A stretch of 63,298 nucleotides of DNA, the filler included, from Octopus bimaculoides (lineage: Eukaryota): assembly GCF_001194135.2 (NCBI RefSeq). It is 5 parts of 4 records of this genome, joined end to end, with 100 filler letters (N's around TTAATTAATTAA, not from the genome) between each part and the next. Parts side by side here need not be neighbours in the genome. Positions count along the whole stretch, not along the records: positions 58,257 to 63,298 come from NC_068985.1; 4 more parts are not named here. The stretch is one strand, 5' to 3'. Both the position numbers and the translations under genes were made by a program. Position 1 is the first letter of the stretch, and each line of letters starts with the position of its first letter. Of this stretch, positions 62,794 through 63,298 are shown in pieces. The notes beneath the pieces were generated by a model. That model had not been told where the DNA came from. It did no database searches and was given only the letters and a program-made list of their open reading frames with translations.

Positions 62794-62998
62794 ATGGTTT
62801 CAAATTTTGCCACAAGGGCAGCCATTTTGGAGGAGGGATGAGTTGATTACATCGACGCCAGTGTTGAACTGGAACTTATTTTATCAACCCTGAAAGGATA
62901 AAAGGTAGAGTCAACCTCAACGGAATTTGAACTCAGAACGTAATGACTGACGAAATTCCACTAAGCATTTTGCCCGATTCTACCAGCTCGCCGCCTTC
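62794..62998 (-). mobile_element. SINE family B, full length, copy 2 of a tandem pair
   Basis: Colinear with copy 1; flanked by perfect TTGTAACGAATAATA at 62779-62793 and 62999-63013. Confidence 0.85.
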
Positions 62999-63234
62999 TT
63001 GTAACGAATAATAGTATTATTCTGCATATATTGTTCGTCTACTTAATTATATATTGCTCTTCGAAATGCTTATACACTGATTTTTTGCTAATGAGGTATC
63101 TTGGTGGTCCTGCACCAGTGAACTTAGTAATAATTTCAAAGTTATTGAATGAGGGTGTAGATAACCAGATGGCCGGGAATTTGGATCAAGGCTGCGTTGG
63201 GGATACACTAATTTTCTCCCTTCTAAGGACCTAC

Positions 63235-63273
<39 letters not shown>

Positions 63274-63298
63274 GAGAATATACAAATAATAACAACAG

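Overview
This is repeat-dense, AT-rich animal genomic DNA. Octopus is the most likely source, an inference from the SINE types, the microsatellite load, the TTAGGG telomere motif and a C2H2 zinc-finger gene start. There are no prokaryotic features and no CRISPR array. Four identical 100-bp spacers (44 N + TTAATTAATTAA + 44 N) show that five separately assembled pieces were joined, so adjacency across them is not evidence. Nearly all ORFs in the supplied track are microsatellite or gap artefacts. The only supportable host coding sequence is the start of a C2H2 zinc-finger gene (58020-58156) cut by a spacer. The rest consists of decayed hAT transposases, CR1-, Tx1/L1-, RTE- and possibly R4-type LINE fragments, two Penelope-like elements (PLEs), four tRNA-type SINE families, mariner MITEs and a 28S rRNA fragment. 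Three signals stand out. (1) Two unrelated GG-terminated elements with 8-bp target-site duplications (TSDs) carry telomeric repeats as cargo. One is an 860-bp foldback with head-to-head (TTAGGG)n/(CCCTAA)n tracts around a 24-bp spacer. (2) Several minimal hammerhead ribozyme (HHR) cores occur: one in a PLE 3' region and two in a short dispersed element. (3) Two different SINE subfamilies sit at one repeated 15-bp target site. Family names are by-eye resemblance, since no database search was run.
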